In this document: one piece after another, positions 46,318 through 56,460 of the stretch | Layout: each line of letters begins with the position of its first letter | Position numbering within the stretch: the first letter of the stretch is position 1 | DNA from: Candidatus Iainarchaeum sp. | GTDB lineage: Archaea; Iainarchaeota; Iainarchaeia; Iainarchaeales; VGJJ01 | DNA length: 64,000 nt | Direction: 5' to 3' | Assembly (NCBI GenBank): GCA_043803765.1 | Contig: JAZDJQ010000004.1 | Location: forward strand, 1-64,000 | The notes under the pieces: generated by a model | Database searches by the model: none | What the model was told of the DNA's origin: nothing | The model's input: only the letters and a program-made list of their open reading frames with translations | Translations under genes and position numbers: made by a program

Positions 46318-46357
46318 AATCGACCAAAGTTAGCCTTTTATATAACTTTGGTAGATT
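46318..46357. promoter_or_regulatory. inverted-repeat operator enclosing the TATA box of the AbiE operon
   Basis: ACCAAAGTTA-N10-TAACTTTGGT (46323-46352), extendable with AATC/GATT. Confidence 0.7.
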
Positions 46358-46366
46358 TATCTTATT

Positions 46367-47014
46367 ATGAACCTGCCATTGGACAAACGCCTCAAACGCC
46401 AATCCCACCGAGATATCGCCCGTTTGCAGGATGTATTGGTTCAGATAGTCTATGACCTCGAACCCGGAGCCGTCATGCATGGCGGAACCGCCATCTGGAG
46501 ATGCTTCCATGGAAAAAGATTTTCCGAAGACGTTGATTTCTATCTATCACCCAAACCCAATTTTCAAGAGAAGTTCACCCAACAACTGGAAAAGGAGGGA
46601 GCGGTTCTTATCAAATATAGGAAAACGGCGAATGCCATCTATTCGGTGATACGAAGAGAACGGACGGATGTTTCATTCGAAACCACGTTCCGATCATCCA
46701 AAAACCCCGTGGCATCCAATTACGAAAAAAGCGATGGAACATTCCTTACGGTACTCACGCCAAGCCCGGAAGAACTACTCATAGAAAAAATCACCGCATT
46801 CCAAAACAGGAAACTCATCCGAGATATTTACGATGTCTATCACTTGAGTGTTATTGCTAATCTCCCAACAACCGAACGAAAAATACTGTCCAAAAAATTA
46901 TCTACTCTCCCGAGACCGATTGACGAAGAAAATCTCCAAAACATCCTCCTCGAAGGAGCCGTTCCCACATTCAACCAAATGATTGATGCCCTCCAACGGA
47001 GGCTCCACGCATGA
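46367..47014 (+). CDS. AbiEii/AbiGii nucleotidyltransferase toxin (type IV TA)
   Basis: HGGTAI, RFSEDVDF, EKITAF..RKLIRDIYD. Confidence 0.92.
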   Translation: MNLPLDKRLKRQSHRDIARLQDVLVQIVYDLEPGAVMHGGTAIWRCFHGKRFSEDVDFYLSPKPNFQEKFTQQLEKEGAVLIKYRKTANAIYSVIRRERTDVSFETTFRSSKNPVASNYEKSDGTFLTVLTPSPEELLIEKITAFQNRKLIRDIYDVYHLSVIANLPTTERKILSKKLSTLPRPIDEENLQNILLEGAVPTFNQMIDALQRRLHA

Positions 47015-47617
47015 CTATTCCTCACGAGATCATTGAACATTTCAAGGAATGGCCTTGCTTCACGACTCGTGACGTGCAGCTCTGGCTCAAAACCAAAAAA
47101 AAAATCCAAGGAATACGTCAAACTGCTCCTGCATACTCTCATCCAAAAAAAGAAAATCCAATCCATCAGAAAGGGAAATTATACGATGCAGGAGGACCCC
47201 ATCGTGGCAGGATTCATCTTCCAGCCATTCTACTATGGACTTCATTATGCCCTATCCTACCACCGGCTATGGACACAAGCAACCAATCCGGTCATCCTCA
47301 CCACCAAGAACGTCCGACGAGGAGTGCGCGAAATGATGGGAACCCGTTTCGTCCTGAGGCACATTTCACGAAAACTCTTTTTCGGCTATGAAACTATTCA
47401 GCAATACGATTACTGGATACCCGTATCTACCGTTGAAAAAACGTTGATTGATTTCGTCTATTTCAGACAAAAAATACCAGCGGAAGCCATGGAAAACATC
47501 CTGCGAAAAACGGACACGGAAAAACTGAAAAAATTATTGAAAAACGTTCCTGCGTGGACACGGAAAAGAGTAATGAAAATAGTGAAAACCGACCACGAAA
47601 TTATTCCAAAGAAATAA
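47011..47617 (+). pseudogene. AbiEi-like antitoxin, frameshifted in an A10 run
   Basis: ATGA-coupled start 47011; removing one A from 47095-47104 gives TKKKSKEY.. and joins the IRKGNY..ALSYH..STVEKTLIDFVY frame. Confidence 0.8.
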
Positions 47618-47654
47618 AGTGGCGATCAGAATTGTTAACATTTCTCTGGAGGCA

Positions 47655-48044
47655 TTACATTTTTTCCAAGTATTTTTTGAACGCCTGACGATCTACTTCT
47701 TCGTCAAGTTTTTCAATTTCTTTTTGAGATATCCAAATGAGTTCTGCTGCTTCTTTTTTCTTTATTTTTCCCTTCCATTTTGTGCAAACAAAGTATTGTA
47801 CGGTGTATTGTTTTTTATCTTTCTCCCAAGGGAACGAGCACAAAGCATAATAGTTCAAAGGTTCAATGTCAAGTTCTTCTTTTGTTTCTCTTAGAAATGC
47901 TCGTTCTTCTGTTTCATTAGGTTCAACATGCCCTCCCGGAATCCAAGTGCACCCCGCCCCAAATGGGTCGTTCGATTTTCTAACCTCTGCTAAAACACAC
48001 TTATCTTTTACGATGAGTATTGCCACCAATGATTTTATGGACAT
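47655..48044 (-). CDS. NUDIX hydrolase
   Basis: Nudix box GGHVEPNETEERAFLRETKEELD. Confidence 0.93.
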   Translation of the reverse strand: MSIKSLVAILIVKDKCVLAEVRKSNDPFGAGCTWIPGGHVEPNETEERAFLRETKEELDIEPLNYYALCSFPWEKDKKQYTVQYFVCTKWKGKIKKKEAAELIWISQKEIEKLDEEVDRQAFKKYLEKM

Positions 48045-48212
48045 CTTATTTTCACCTCGTTCTCAAGTGATTTATTTTATTTTTTAGCTTTTCTACTGCT
48101 TGATCGAGCCCCCACACGTCCTAAATTCCTAGAGAGAACCTTATTTCGGGATAATACACACACCCCAGCAATCACCCCAAAGAAATAAATAGTCCCCCCC
48201 CCTAGGGAAGAC

Positions 48213-48797
48213 ATGCCAGTAACCATACGAGGAAAAATAGCCAAGGGAATCTTAAGAAAAACAAGATATGAGGAAGCCCCCTTCAGGGGAGTACGACCCC
48301 CATTATCCCGAAGAATTATGGGGCGCAAGGCCATGCTCAGATGGCACCGAGAAGTGGACAACCGAATAAGAGAAATGGAACACTATTTGCACCAGAATAG
48401 AGAGACGTTGATTGATGGGAACATCCGATTGCCCCCTGGTTTGAAACGGATTAAGAAAAGTCATCGAATTGATATTGTCTGTGCGAGTGCAATAATGGGC
48501 TCAATGGGTTCACTTATAGGAGGAGCAACGGATAGAAAAACCGCTGTATCAGCGGCAATTATTGGTGCAGGGATTGGGGCTTTTTGGGCGAGAGGCCATT
48601 GGTATCGCACGATGATAAAGGATTACAAAGGGTTAATACGGATGCTCAAAACCAGCCATTTGTTTGTCTCCCGCGAAGGGAAGCCATTGAATAGGAATCA
48701 GGTGGAACAAAATACTATGATCGTTGAGGGGATTCTGCGTGCACTACTGAACATGTCCTCCCACAACTCCAAGGCCATTGAAGGACTCCAAGCCTGA
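48213..48797 (+). CDS. basic orphan protein with Gly-zipper membrane hairpin
   Basis: Arg-rich N-terminus; GSMGSLIGG..AAIIGAGIGAFW. Confidence 0.65.
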   Translation: MPVTIRGKIAKGILRKTRYEEAPFRGVRPPLSRRIMGRKAMLRWHREVDNRIREMEHYLHQNRETLIDGNIRLPPGLKRIKKSHRIDIVCASAIMGSMGSLIGGATDRKTAVSAAIIGAGIGAFWARGHWYRTMIKDYKGLIRMLKTSHLFVSREGKPLNRNQVEQNTMIVEGILRALLNMSSHNSKAIEGLQA

Positions 48798-49038
48798 ATC
48801 GGCCACTTATTTCCAACCTGCTGTCGTCGGGCGACTCCTGTATTCCGTTTCAAGCCAATGGACAGTTCAGAACCCAAAGAAGGGATTGCTGGGGATGTTC
48901 GAAAAACCAATCCACCCGCATTAAGTAGAAGGAAAACGTTGGAGATTGACTCCCCAAAAAATTAGATGAATACGTATCCCAATCCGTTGGCGAAAAGCCG
49001 CCAAAAGCGCTTTATATAAGGAACCAGCGTGAGCCATT

Positions 49039-52000
49039 ATGGATGGGAATGAATACAAAGAAGCACGGTTTGAACGACCTGAGGAGACGGAGATTGCCTT
49101 CACTACGGGAAAAGGAGAAGCCAATCCATTCATCCCAAAATTCGAGGAATTCTTTTCTACGTTAGAGTATAAGAAAAAAATAGAAAAACTCGCGCACGAA
49201 TACCCGCAGGAGCGTTCCCTCATTGTAGATTTCAACGATTTGGATTCGTTTGATTACCAACTAGCAGAAGAATTAATGGAGCACCCGGACTTGCTCATGG
49301 AAGCAGCCAAACTCGCTGTACAAAAAATAGAAGTATCCGTATTGCAGTTGGATTCATTCACTCCAAACGTGCGCTTTCGTAACTTACCCAAAGATAAACA
49401 ATCACTCGTACGGGATGTGAGCGCTGCACAATTGGGAAAACTCATTTCAGTAGAAGGAGTCATCCGCCAAGTAACAGAAGTCATGCCCAAACTCAAAAAT
49501 GCCACATGGCGATGCAGAAGATGCGGAAACACATACCTTATTGCACAAGACGGACATCAACAAAGAAAACCGGTATTGTGCAGCTGCAAGAACAGGGACT
49601 TTGAACTCGTTCCTGAAGAATCGCGATTCGTGGATTATCAAAAAATACAAATACAGGAACCATTGGAAATGCTGAAAGGAAGCGAACAAGCAGTAAATCT
49701 AGATGTATACATCGAAGACGACTTCGTGAACAAAGTGTACCCGGGAAACCGAACTCAAATTACCGGAATCCTACGATTGTATCCACCCAACAAGGATAAG
49801 AAAAACGTGTACGGACGATATTTAGAAGCCATTCACTTAGAAGAAACAGAAAAAGAATTCGAGGACATTATCATTGAGGAAGAGGAAGAACAAAAAATAA
49901 AAGAATTAGCCAAAGACCCAGCCATTTACCAAATGCTCGCGCAGAGTATCGCACCCGCTATTCACGGGCATGATATTGTAAAAGAAAGCATCGCATTGCA
50001 ATTATTCGGAGGAGTAAAAAAGAACATCCCGGGAAGCACCACAATAAGGGGAAACGTACACGTGCTATTAGTAGGAGATCCGGGGACGGGAAAATCGCAG
50101 CTGTTGGTCGCCGCGGACCGAATCGCTCCCAAATCGGTGTACGTGGCGGGAAAAACAAGCTCAGGAGTTGGACTCACGGCAAGTGCAGTTAAGGACGATT
50201 TTGGAGAAGGAGGATGGACGCTCAAAGCAGGAGCACTCGTGCTTGCGAGCGGAGGAATGGTGATGGTGGACGAATTTGATAAAATGGAGTGTTTGACCGG
50301 AGATTCCCTCGTGTGCACTGAAAATGGAAAACTTGCCCCCATCCAAACCATTTTCGAAGAATCCAAGAAACATGGAAGGATTGAGACAACTGCAAAGGGA
50401 ACAAGCGTCCGGGATATCCAAAACCAATTCGTTTTATCCATGAATGCACAACTGAATATTATCAAACGCCGAGTGGTGGCCGCGCACGAATACCCACATG
50501 ATGGAAGAATATTGCAAATACGGTTGCAGAGCGGGGAAAAAATCAACGTGTCCCCCAACCACCCGTTCTTTACTACAACGGATAAAGAAGTAAGAACGAT
50601 TAAAGCAGGTTATTTGCAAAAAGGGAGTTTTATTCTCGTTCCAGCAGCACTTCCAAACGAAGAATCCGAGGACTCCAATACATCATTAGCACGACTATAC
50701 GGATACTTGGCAGGAGATGGGAATGTCACCTACAATCCTCCCGAAAACTATATGATCCGGTTCACCAACAAGGACCCGGATCTCCTAGAAGACTTCAACC
50801 GTTGCTGTACGGACGTGTTCAGCAAACCGACCATTTACCCGAGTGAAATCAGGGAAGGCGGACTCTCTTCTACTCGCGTAAACGGTCAATCTCACGTAGA
50901 CCACATTGCTCAACACGCCCCGGGACTGATGGAAAAATACAGTGACAAGTATTCACCCAATATTCCATTCCTATCAGAAGATAATGCCATTCACTACCTG
51001 CGCGGACTCTTTGACTCAGAAGGAAACGTGGACATCGTGCACCAACAAGTATCTTTCTCCTCGACGAGTGAGCGAATCACCATGGAAGTCAAAACCCTCC
51101 TGTTGAAGTTAGGAATTCTTTCCCAGATACAATACAAGAAACCACACGAAAAACGCCGAGCATCCTACAGCCTGCGAATCACCGATTCGGAGTCCATTGC
51201 CAAATTTTCAGCAAAAATAGGATTTACCAGCACACGAAAACAAGGCGCACTCATGAAATTCACTCCATCATCACGAGAGCACAGCGTTCTAAATATCATC
51301 CCGCACATCGGCCCTCTCCTAAAAGACATCCGGACAGGACTTGGTCTGTATCAAAAAGAATGCGGATTGAACGCAGCCACTTACCATAATTTTGAGAGCG
51401 GACAGGCAAATATCACCCTGAAAAAGGCCCGCAAGGTACTGGAAGTATTCAAGGCCCACCACCAAACAAACCTTTCTCCAAAAATTCAGCAAAAAATACA
51501 GTATTTTGAGATGTTGGTAAATGGCAACGTTCTCTGGCGAAAGGTGAGCGAGGTTAAAGAAGTAACCCACTCTCCTGCGCACCGGATAAGCTACCAGCAG
51601 ACCCACCAGATTAATCACCTCCTTTCCACCATTGGTTTTCCAAAAATAGCACAAAAAAATATGAAGAAACAAATCCCATTGATTATGGAAAAACTGAAAA
51701 CAAAACAGTCACGCATTCATTCACTATTTATGAAAATAGAATGGAAAGAGGAAAATATTCGAGATGCAATCGCAAACGAGTCCATCCCCCACTCCATGAT
51801 TGCCAGCGACTTAGGGATACACCAATCCACCATCTCACGGTGGATTGGAAGACAGACCACGCCCCACACCTTTACCCCATATGATACAATCCCAATACTA
51901 AAAAAACACCTGTGCAAACAAAATGAACAGATTAAGGAAGTTATCCCATTACTGGAAAATGCCATTGCCACTCCAAAAACTAGGATATATGATTTAACGA

Positions 52001-52944
52001 TTGAGGGCGACCACAACTTCATCGCCAACAATATCATCGTACATAATTCCGAAGACCGAAGCGCGATGCACGAAGCAATGGAACAAGGACAAGTAAGCGT
52101 AGCAAAAGCAGGAATCGTAACACGATTCAAAACCGACACGAGCGTTCTAGCGGCCGCCAACCCCAAACTATCACGATTTGACACGTACAAACCATTTTTC
52201 GAACAAATTGATTTACCCGCATCCCTCATCTCACGATTCGACTTGTTCTTCATGATGCGCGACACATTAGACAGAGGAAGAGATGAGACGATTGCCCACC
52301 ACATTCTCGCCACGCATCGAGCAGGAGAACAACTATTACAATATCAACGAGGAATAAAGCAACGAATATCAAAAGAAGTGGAAGACCTCAAACAAAGCGT
52401 ATTACCCATCATTAATACGGAATTATTACAAAAATACATTTCATACGCACGACAAAAAGTATTCCCCATGCTCACCGAAGAAGCCTCACTAGCACTGCAA
52501 AACTTTTACGTAGGACTGCGAGACCAAGGAAGGCAGGCAGGAAGCTATTCCGCAACCGCACGACAACTCGAAGGACTCGTACGATTAGCGGAAGCATCCG
52601 CACGCGTACGACTAAGCGAGGATGTAACGATTGATGACGCTGAACGCGCCATCCGATTAGTAAGAACATCATTAGAAGATGTGGTAAAAGACCCCGAGAC
52701 GGGAAGAATTGATATTGACATTGTAACAAGCGGACAAACCCAATCCTCACGCGACCACATGCGCGTTATCACCGACATTATCAAGAGCAAGAGCAAAGAA
52801 ATGGACAAGGTCCCCATACAAGATGTTATTGCGGAAGCCCTCTCAAGAGGAATTGATGAAGAGAAAGTAAGGGAATTCATCCAAAAATTGAAAAAAGCAG
52901 GAGAAATATACGAACCCAATCACGGGTTCCTAAAAAGCGCATGA
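49039..52944 (+). CDS. mcm: MCM replicative helicase, intein-containing
   Basis: CRRC zinc finger, GDPGTGKS, DEFDKM, HEAMEQ, AAANP, SRFD, TARQLE, C-terminal wHTH. Confidence 0.97.
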   Translation: MDGNEYKEARFERPEETEIAFTTGKGEANPFIPKFEEFFSTLEYKKKIEKLAHEYPQERSLIVDFNDLDSFDYQLAEELMEHPDLLMEAAKLAVQKIEVSVLQLDSFTPNVRFRNLPKDKQSLVRDVSAAQLGKLISVEGVIRQVTEVMPKLKNATWRCRRCGNTYLIAQDGHQQRKPVLCSCKNRDFELVPEESRFVDYQKIQIQEPLEMLKGSEQAVNLDVYIEDDFVNKVYPGNRTQITGILRLYPPNKDKKNVYGRYLEAIHLEETEKEFEDIIIEEEEEQKIKELAKDPAIYQMLAQSIAPAIHGHDIVKESIALQLFGGVKKNIPGSTTIRGNVHVLLVGDPGTGKSQLLVAADRIAPKSVYVAGKTSSGVGLTASAVKDDFGEGGWTLKAGALVLASGGMVMVDEFDKMECLTGDSLVCTENGKLAPIQTIFEESKKHGRIETTAKGTSVRDIQNQFVLSMNAQLNIIKRRVVAAHEYPHDGRILQIRLQSGEKINVSPNHPFFTTTDKEVRTIKAGYLQKGSFILVPAALPNEESEDSNTSLARLYGYLAGDGNVTYNPPENYMIRFTNKDPDLLEDFNRCCTDVFSKPTIYPSEIREGGLSSTRVNGQSHVDHIAQHAPGLMEKYSDKYSPNIPFLSEDNAIHYLRGLFDSEGNVDIVHQQVSFSSTSERITMEVKTLLLKLGILSQIQYKKPHEKRRASYSLRITDSESIAKFSAKIGFTSTRKQGALMKFTPSSREHSVLNIIPHIGPLLKDIRTGLGLYQKECGLNAATYHNFESGQANITLKKARKVLEVFKAHHQTNLSPKIQQKIQYFEMLVNGNVLWRKVSEVKEVTHSPAHRISYQQTHQINHLLSTIGFPKIAQKNMKKQIPLIMEKLKTKQSRIHSLFMKIEWKEENIRDAIANESIPHSMIASDLGIHQSTISRWIGRQTTPHTFTPYDTIPILKKHLCKQNEQIKEVIPLLENAIATPKTRIYDLTIEGDHNFIANNIIVHNSEDRSAMHEAMEQGQVSVAKAGIVTRFKTDTSVLAAANPKLSRFDTYKPFFEQIDLPASLISRFDLFFMMRDTLDRGRDETIAHHILATHRAGEQLLQYQRGIKQRISKEVEDLKQSVLPIINTELLQKYISYARQKVFPMLTEEASLALQNFYVGLRDQGRQAGSYSATARQLEGLVRLAEASARVRLSEDVTIDDAERAIRLVRTSLEDVVKDPETGRIDIDIVTSGQTQSSRDHMRVITDIIKSKSKEMDKVPIQDVIAEALSRGIDEEKVREFIQKLKKAGEIYEPNHGFLKSA
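50290..52047 (+). mobile_element. 586-aa intein with LAGLIDADG homing endonuclease and two HTH-like inserts
   Basis: Starts CLTGDS after DEFDKME; block B SPNHPF; LYGYLAGDG and YLRGLFDSEG; ends IVHN followed by Ser. Confidence 0.95.
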
Positions 52945-52996
52945 TTTTTACCCAAAAGAGTGGTTGGATTAAAAGCACCAGCCTCATTCTTCAAAT

Positions 52997-53833
52997 ATGG
53001 AGAAAGATTTACTAATCCAGCTAGCCGGATTTTTCCTCATCGTCAACATCCTGGGATTATGGGTGGGATATAACATTATTCAACAAGACATTCAACCCAC
53101 CATTGTAAATGACAATCCGGAAGACCCAATTAATTCATTCGGATTGATTGGATACATGCTAGTTGGAACTATTTTCATCCTACTCGCCATCAAATTCTTC
53201 CCCGATAATGTATTATATTGGGTACTAAAAGCAACGGAAGTGCTCGCATTAGTGATAACGGCATTCATCACATTCTGGGCATTTGTTCCAGAGGAGTTTG
53301 CTATTCTCCTCGCGGTTGCACTCATTACCACCCGCGTCTTTCTACCCCAATACTTAATTTTACGCAATGTTTCATCCATTATCGCAACAGTAGGAGTGGG
53401 AAGCATGCTCGGTTCGAGTATTGGCGTTTTCCCCGTGATTATTTTCCTTGTATTATTAGGAATATATGACTATATCGCAGTATTCAAAACAAAACACATG
53501 GTAACAATGGCAAAAGCAGTAGCAAAAAAGAATTTGAGTTTTACATTCGCACTCCCAACAAAAAAACACCAATTTGAATTAGGAACAGGAGATTTAGTCA
53601 TGCCCCTCGTTTTCAGCGTAAGCGTGCTGAATGATTCCATCATGAGAGGACTACTATGGCCGTATGCAACACTGCCCTCATTACTCATCCTTATTGCATC
53701 CTTCATTGGACTAGCATTCACCATGGATTATGGAAGCAAAAATATAGGAAAAGCCCTTCCCGCACTCCCACTCCAAGTGGGATTAATGATTCTAACCTAT
53801 GGAGCAATTTCAGTATCGGGCATATTCCCATAA
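52997..53833 (+). CDS. presenilin/SPP-family GxGD intramembrane aspartyl protease
   Basis: YDYIAV, LGTGD, PALP; about 9 TM helices. Confidence 0.92.
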   Translation: MEKDLLIQLAGFFLIVNILGLWVGYNIIQQDIQPTIVNDNPEDPINSFGLIGYMLVGTIFILLAIKFFPDNVLYWVLKATEVLALVITAFITFWAFVPEEFAILLAVALITTRVFLPQYLILRNVSSIIATVGVGSMLGSSIGVFPVIIFLVLLGIYDYIAVFKTKHMVTMAKAVAKKNLSFTFALPTKKHQFELGTGDLVMPLVFSVSVLNDSIMRGLLWPYATLPSLLILIASFIGLAFTMDYGSKNIGKALPALPLQVGLMILTYGAISVSGIFP

Positions 53834-53858
53834 AAGAGAGACCGCTTCATTATCTAGA

Positions 53859-54359
53859 ATGACATTACCTTCCACACGATTTGTTTTTTCAATCGGACTC
53901 TATCCTAAAACTCCGTTTGAAGGAAACATGGTGTGGGTGCATGGAATAGTTGAAGACATACGAAACAAAGTAGGAGAAACTATTTTCCATGTAAAAGATG
54001 AAAAAGGAAAATGGAGTGCGTATGGTGATGCAGTTGAAACAATCAAAATAGGAGATCGAGTACGCGCATACGGAATGATTGTCAACCAACCCGATGGAAA
54101 CATGCTATTAGCCGCAAAATGGGTAAAAAAAATAGAAAAAGAAGAATACGCGTTTTGTGAGAAACAAACGCACGCAGCATGGGAAAATATCCTCAAACAG
54201 TATCACGAAATAATACAACTTGTTCCATTTGTTCCACCAATTTCCAGAAAAAACAATATCGAAAAAACCCCCCTTGCAAACACGCCTGAAAAAAAAGAAA
54301 GAGAAGAAAACGATTTTATCCCAGCAACTGAACTAAAAGTAGAACAGGATTACCTCTAA
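53859..54359 (+). CDS. OB-fold protein (small RPA subunit-like)
   Basis: VWVHGIV..FHVKDEKG..IKIGDRVRAYG..AKWVKKI followed by a helix. Confidence 0.65.
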   Translation: MTLPSTRFVFSIGLYPKTPFEGNMVWVHGIVEDIRNKVGETIFHVKDEKGKWSAYGDAVETIKIGDRVRAYGMIVNQPDGNMLLAAKWVKKIEKEEYAFCEKQTHAAWENILKQYHEIIQLVPFVPPISRKNNIEKTPLANTPEKKEREENDFIPATELKVEQDYL

Positions 54360-54409
54360 CGACGGCAAAGATTATAGATACTTATAAAAACGATAAACCT
54401 GCACATGAA

Positions 54410-54661
54410 GTGTCTATGGATCTTATTTCACTAAAACAGGTCCCGATCGATGTCAAGAGGGAGTTGCTTAAGGAACTTGGATTTGGGGTCGATGGCAGTC
54501 TCTTTGTCATAGATGAGAATGGACAAAGGATCATTGACAAGTACATAGACAAACCCGTTAACATCAGCAATATGCTTGTTCTCCACGGAAGCACGCTTAT
54601 ACTGGATGATAACCCATTGAGCCTCACAGCATACCTTGAGGAGTATGGGGATGTCATCTGA
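54410..54661 (+). CDS. hypothetical small acidic protein
   Basis: 83-aa ORF downstream of a TTATAAA box; overlaps the next gene. Confidence 0.7.
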   Translation: MSMDLISLKQVPIDVKRELLKELGFGVDGSLFVIDENGQRIIDKYIDKPVNISNMLVLHGSTLILDDNPLSLTAYLEEYGDVI

Positions 54662-55343
54662 AATACCAACCCCTGAAGAATGTACTAGAGCTGCTGCTGA
54701 AGGGGCTACCAAGGCAACGTTGGAGTTCACTGCAGACAAAGTAAAATCGTTCGTCCAGCGATTCAGAAACAGGGAATTGGCATTCATTGGCAAATTGGAA
54801 GACATTGAATTGGTAAAAGAGCAGCGAAATAGTGCGGAGTGGAAAAGATACACTAAACTCGTAAAGAATAAGGAGTTTCGCATCCTCATCCAAATGGGTA
54901 TCACGTTGAGAAAACTGGAAAACAATAAAGACAGGTTAATCAGTTTACGCAATTCGATTGTACGAAAATATGGACCCCGAGGTCTGCACATCGCCCAATT
55001 CATCCAGAACAGAATAATCGGCAAATATATGGACTCTGTTTTATCATCCGCAATGAGTGAAGAAGAGCTTGGAAAAATGCTTGAGGAGTTTTTAGGAAAT
55101 CTGGAACGTCTATGTGTCTATATCAAAGCAGAGGACGATGCGGAATATAAGGTGAAAGAGATCAGTACAAGAATATTCAGTATGGTTCCGGAAGTATTCA
55201 TCATCTACGGTGCCGGAGAAGCACGGGAAACACTCGACCTGGTGCAGAAAAGATTGCTCACCCTTCTCCTCGACTACACATCTGAAGAATATAGCGACAA
55301 AGAGAGAAAGATCGTATTTTTTAATCGAAACCCCCCAACTTAG
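54651..55343 (+). CDS. hypothetical protein
   Basis: About 230-aa ORF (start MSSEIPT); no family recognised. Confidence 0.75.
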   Translation: MSSEIPTPEECTRAAAEGATKATLEFTADKVKSFVQRFRNRELAFIGKLEDIELVKEQRNSAEWKRYTKLVKNKEFRILIQMGITLRKLENNKDRLISLRNSIVRKYGPRGLHIAQFIQNRIIGKYMDSVLSSAMSEEELGKMLEEFLGNLERLCVYIKAEDDAEYKVKEISTRIFSMVPEVFIIYGAGEARETLDLVQKRLLTLLLDYTSEEYSDKERKIVFFNRNPPT

Positions 55344-55392
55344 AATGACTGAAATAATCCTTATTATAAGCCTTTTTAGATAAGTTGAGCGT

Positions 55393-55803
55393 ATGGATCT
55401 AACCTATGAACAGATGCTCGACCGCGCATACGCCCAACTGCCTAAGCGCTCGCTCGACAAAGAACGATTCGAGTTCCCTCCAGTAGACAGCTTTATCCAA
55501 GGACCTAAAACATTCGTGAAAAACTTTGTGCAATTATGCAAAGTTATGCGACGCGAGGATCCAAAAGACTTGATTAAGTTTCTAACGAAAGAGAGTGCAT
55601 CTCCTGTAAAACCAGAAGGAGACCGACTCGTGCTGGGAGGAAAATTCCCAATGAAACAAGTGAACGACTGGTTCGTACGATTCTTGGAAGAATATGTCAT
55701 CTGCGGAACATGCGGAAAACCGGACACGCATTACGTTGAACACAATGGGGTAAGACAATTGAAATGCGAAGCATGCGGCGCCATCTCCCCAATTCGGAGA
55801 TGA
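55393..55803 (+). CDS. eif2b: translation initiation factor aIF2 beta
   Basis: YEQMLDRAY, ERFE, YVICGTCGKPDT, CEACGA. Confidence 0.95.
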   Translation: MDLTYEQMLDRAYAQLPKRSLDKERFEFPPVDSFIQGPKTFVKNFVQLCKVMRREDPKDLIKFLTKESASPVKPEGDRLVLGGKFPMKQVNDWFVRFLEEYVICGTCGKPDTHYVEHNGVRQLKCEACGAISPIRR

Positions 55804-55809
55804 AAATAA

Positions 55810-56124
55810 ATGCCAAGTAATGGAATTTGGCACAGAATTCACACACATGAAAAACAACACGTGCTGGCAGCAGCAGATGAAGAAATAGTAGGAAAGACTC
55901 TCCGCGAAGGAAAAATAGTATTCCATGTGAGCAAAGAATTCTACGCAAAAAAGGCCATCACCATGAAAAAACTAAAAGAACTATTAGAGGAATACGATAA
56001 CATCAACCTAGTAGGAGAACGATGCATCCACGCCGCACGGGAAAAAGGAATCATCGAAAAAGAAGGGGGAATCATTCTTCTATCCGGGGTGCCCCACGCA
56101 CAGGTCTATAAATTAAACCCATAA
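55810..56124 (+). CDS. DUF424 family protein
   Basis: VLAAADEEIVGK, FY, NLVGERCI, GVPHAQ. Confidence 0.9.
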   Translation: MPSNGIWHRIHTHEKQHVLAAADEEIVGKTLREGKIVFHVSKEFYAKKAITMKKLKELLEEYDNINLVGERCIHAAREKGIIEKEGGIILLSGVPHAQVYKLNP

Positions 56125-56137
56125 TGAGGATATCTGA

Positions 56138-56455
56138 ATGGTAGAAGAAAACACGAATGAACAGGAAACCCAATACCGGCTACGCTTACCCTTCCGCGAG
56201 CACGGAGAAATGTTTGGGATTATCACCAAAATGCACGGAACGAATCAAGTAGCGGTGATGTGCGAAGATGGAAAAGACCGGATGTGCCGTATTCCAGGAA
56301 AACTAAAAAAAAGAGTATGGATGAGAGAAGGAGACGTGGTGATTATACGATTATGGGAATTTCAACCAATCAAAGCAGATGTCGTATGGCGCTATCTACC
56401 CATCCAAACAGAAAAATTAAGACGACAAGGACTACTGGAAAAACTGTCCATCTAA
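56138..56455 (+). CDS. eif1a: translation initiation factor aIF1A
   Basis: CEDGKDRMCRIPGKLKKRVWMREGDVV, WRY. Confidence 0.96.
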   Translation: MVEENTNEQETQYRLRLPFREHGEMFGIITKMHGTNQVAVMCEDGKDRMCRIPGKLKKRVWMREGDVVIIRLWEFQPIKADVVWRYLPIQTEKLRRQGLLEKLSI

Positions 56456-56460
56456 TTATA

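Noticed and set aside
48798-49038. Replication origin upstream of mcm
   Set aside because: No repeated ORB-like boxes or extended AT-rich unwinding element; no cdc6 in the window.
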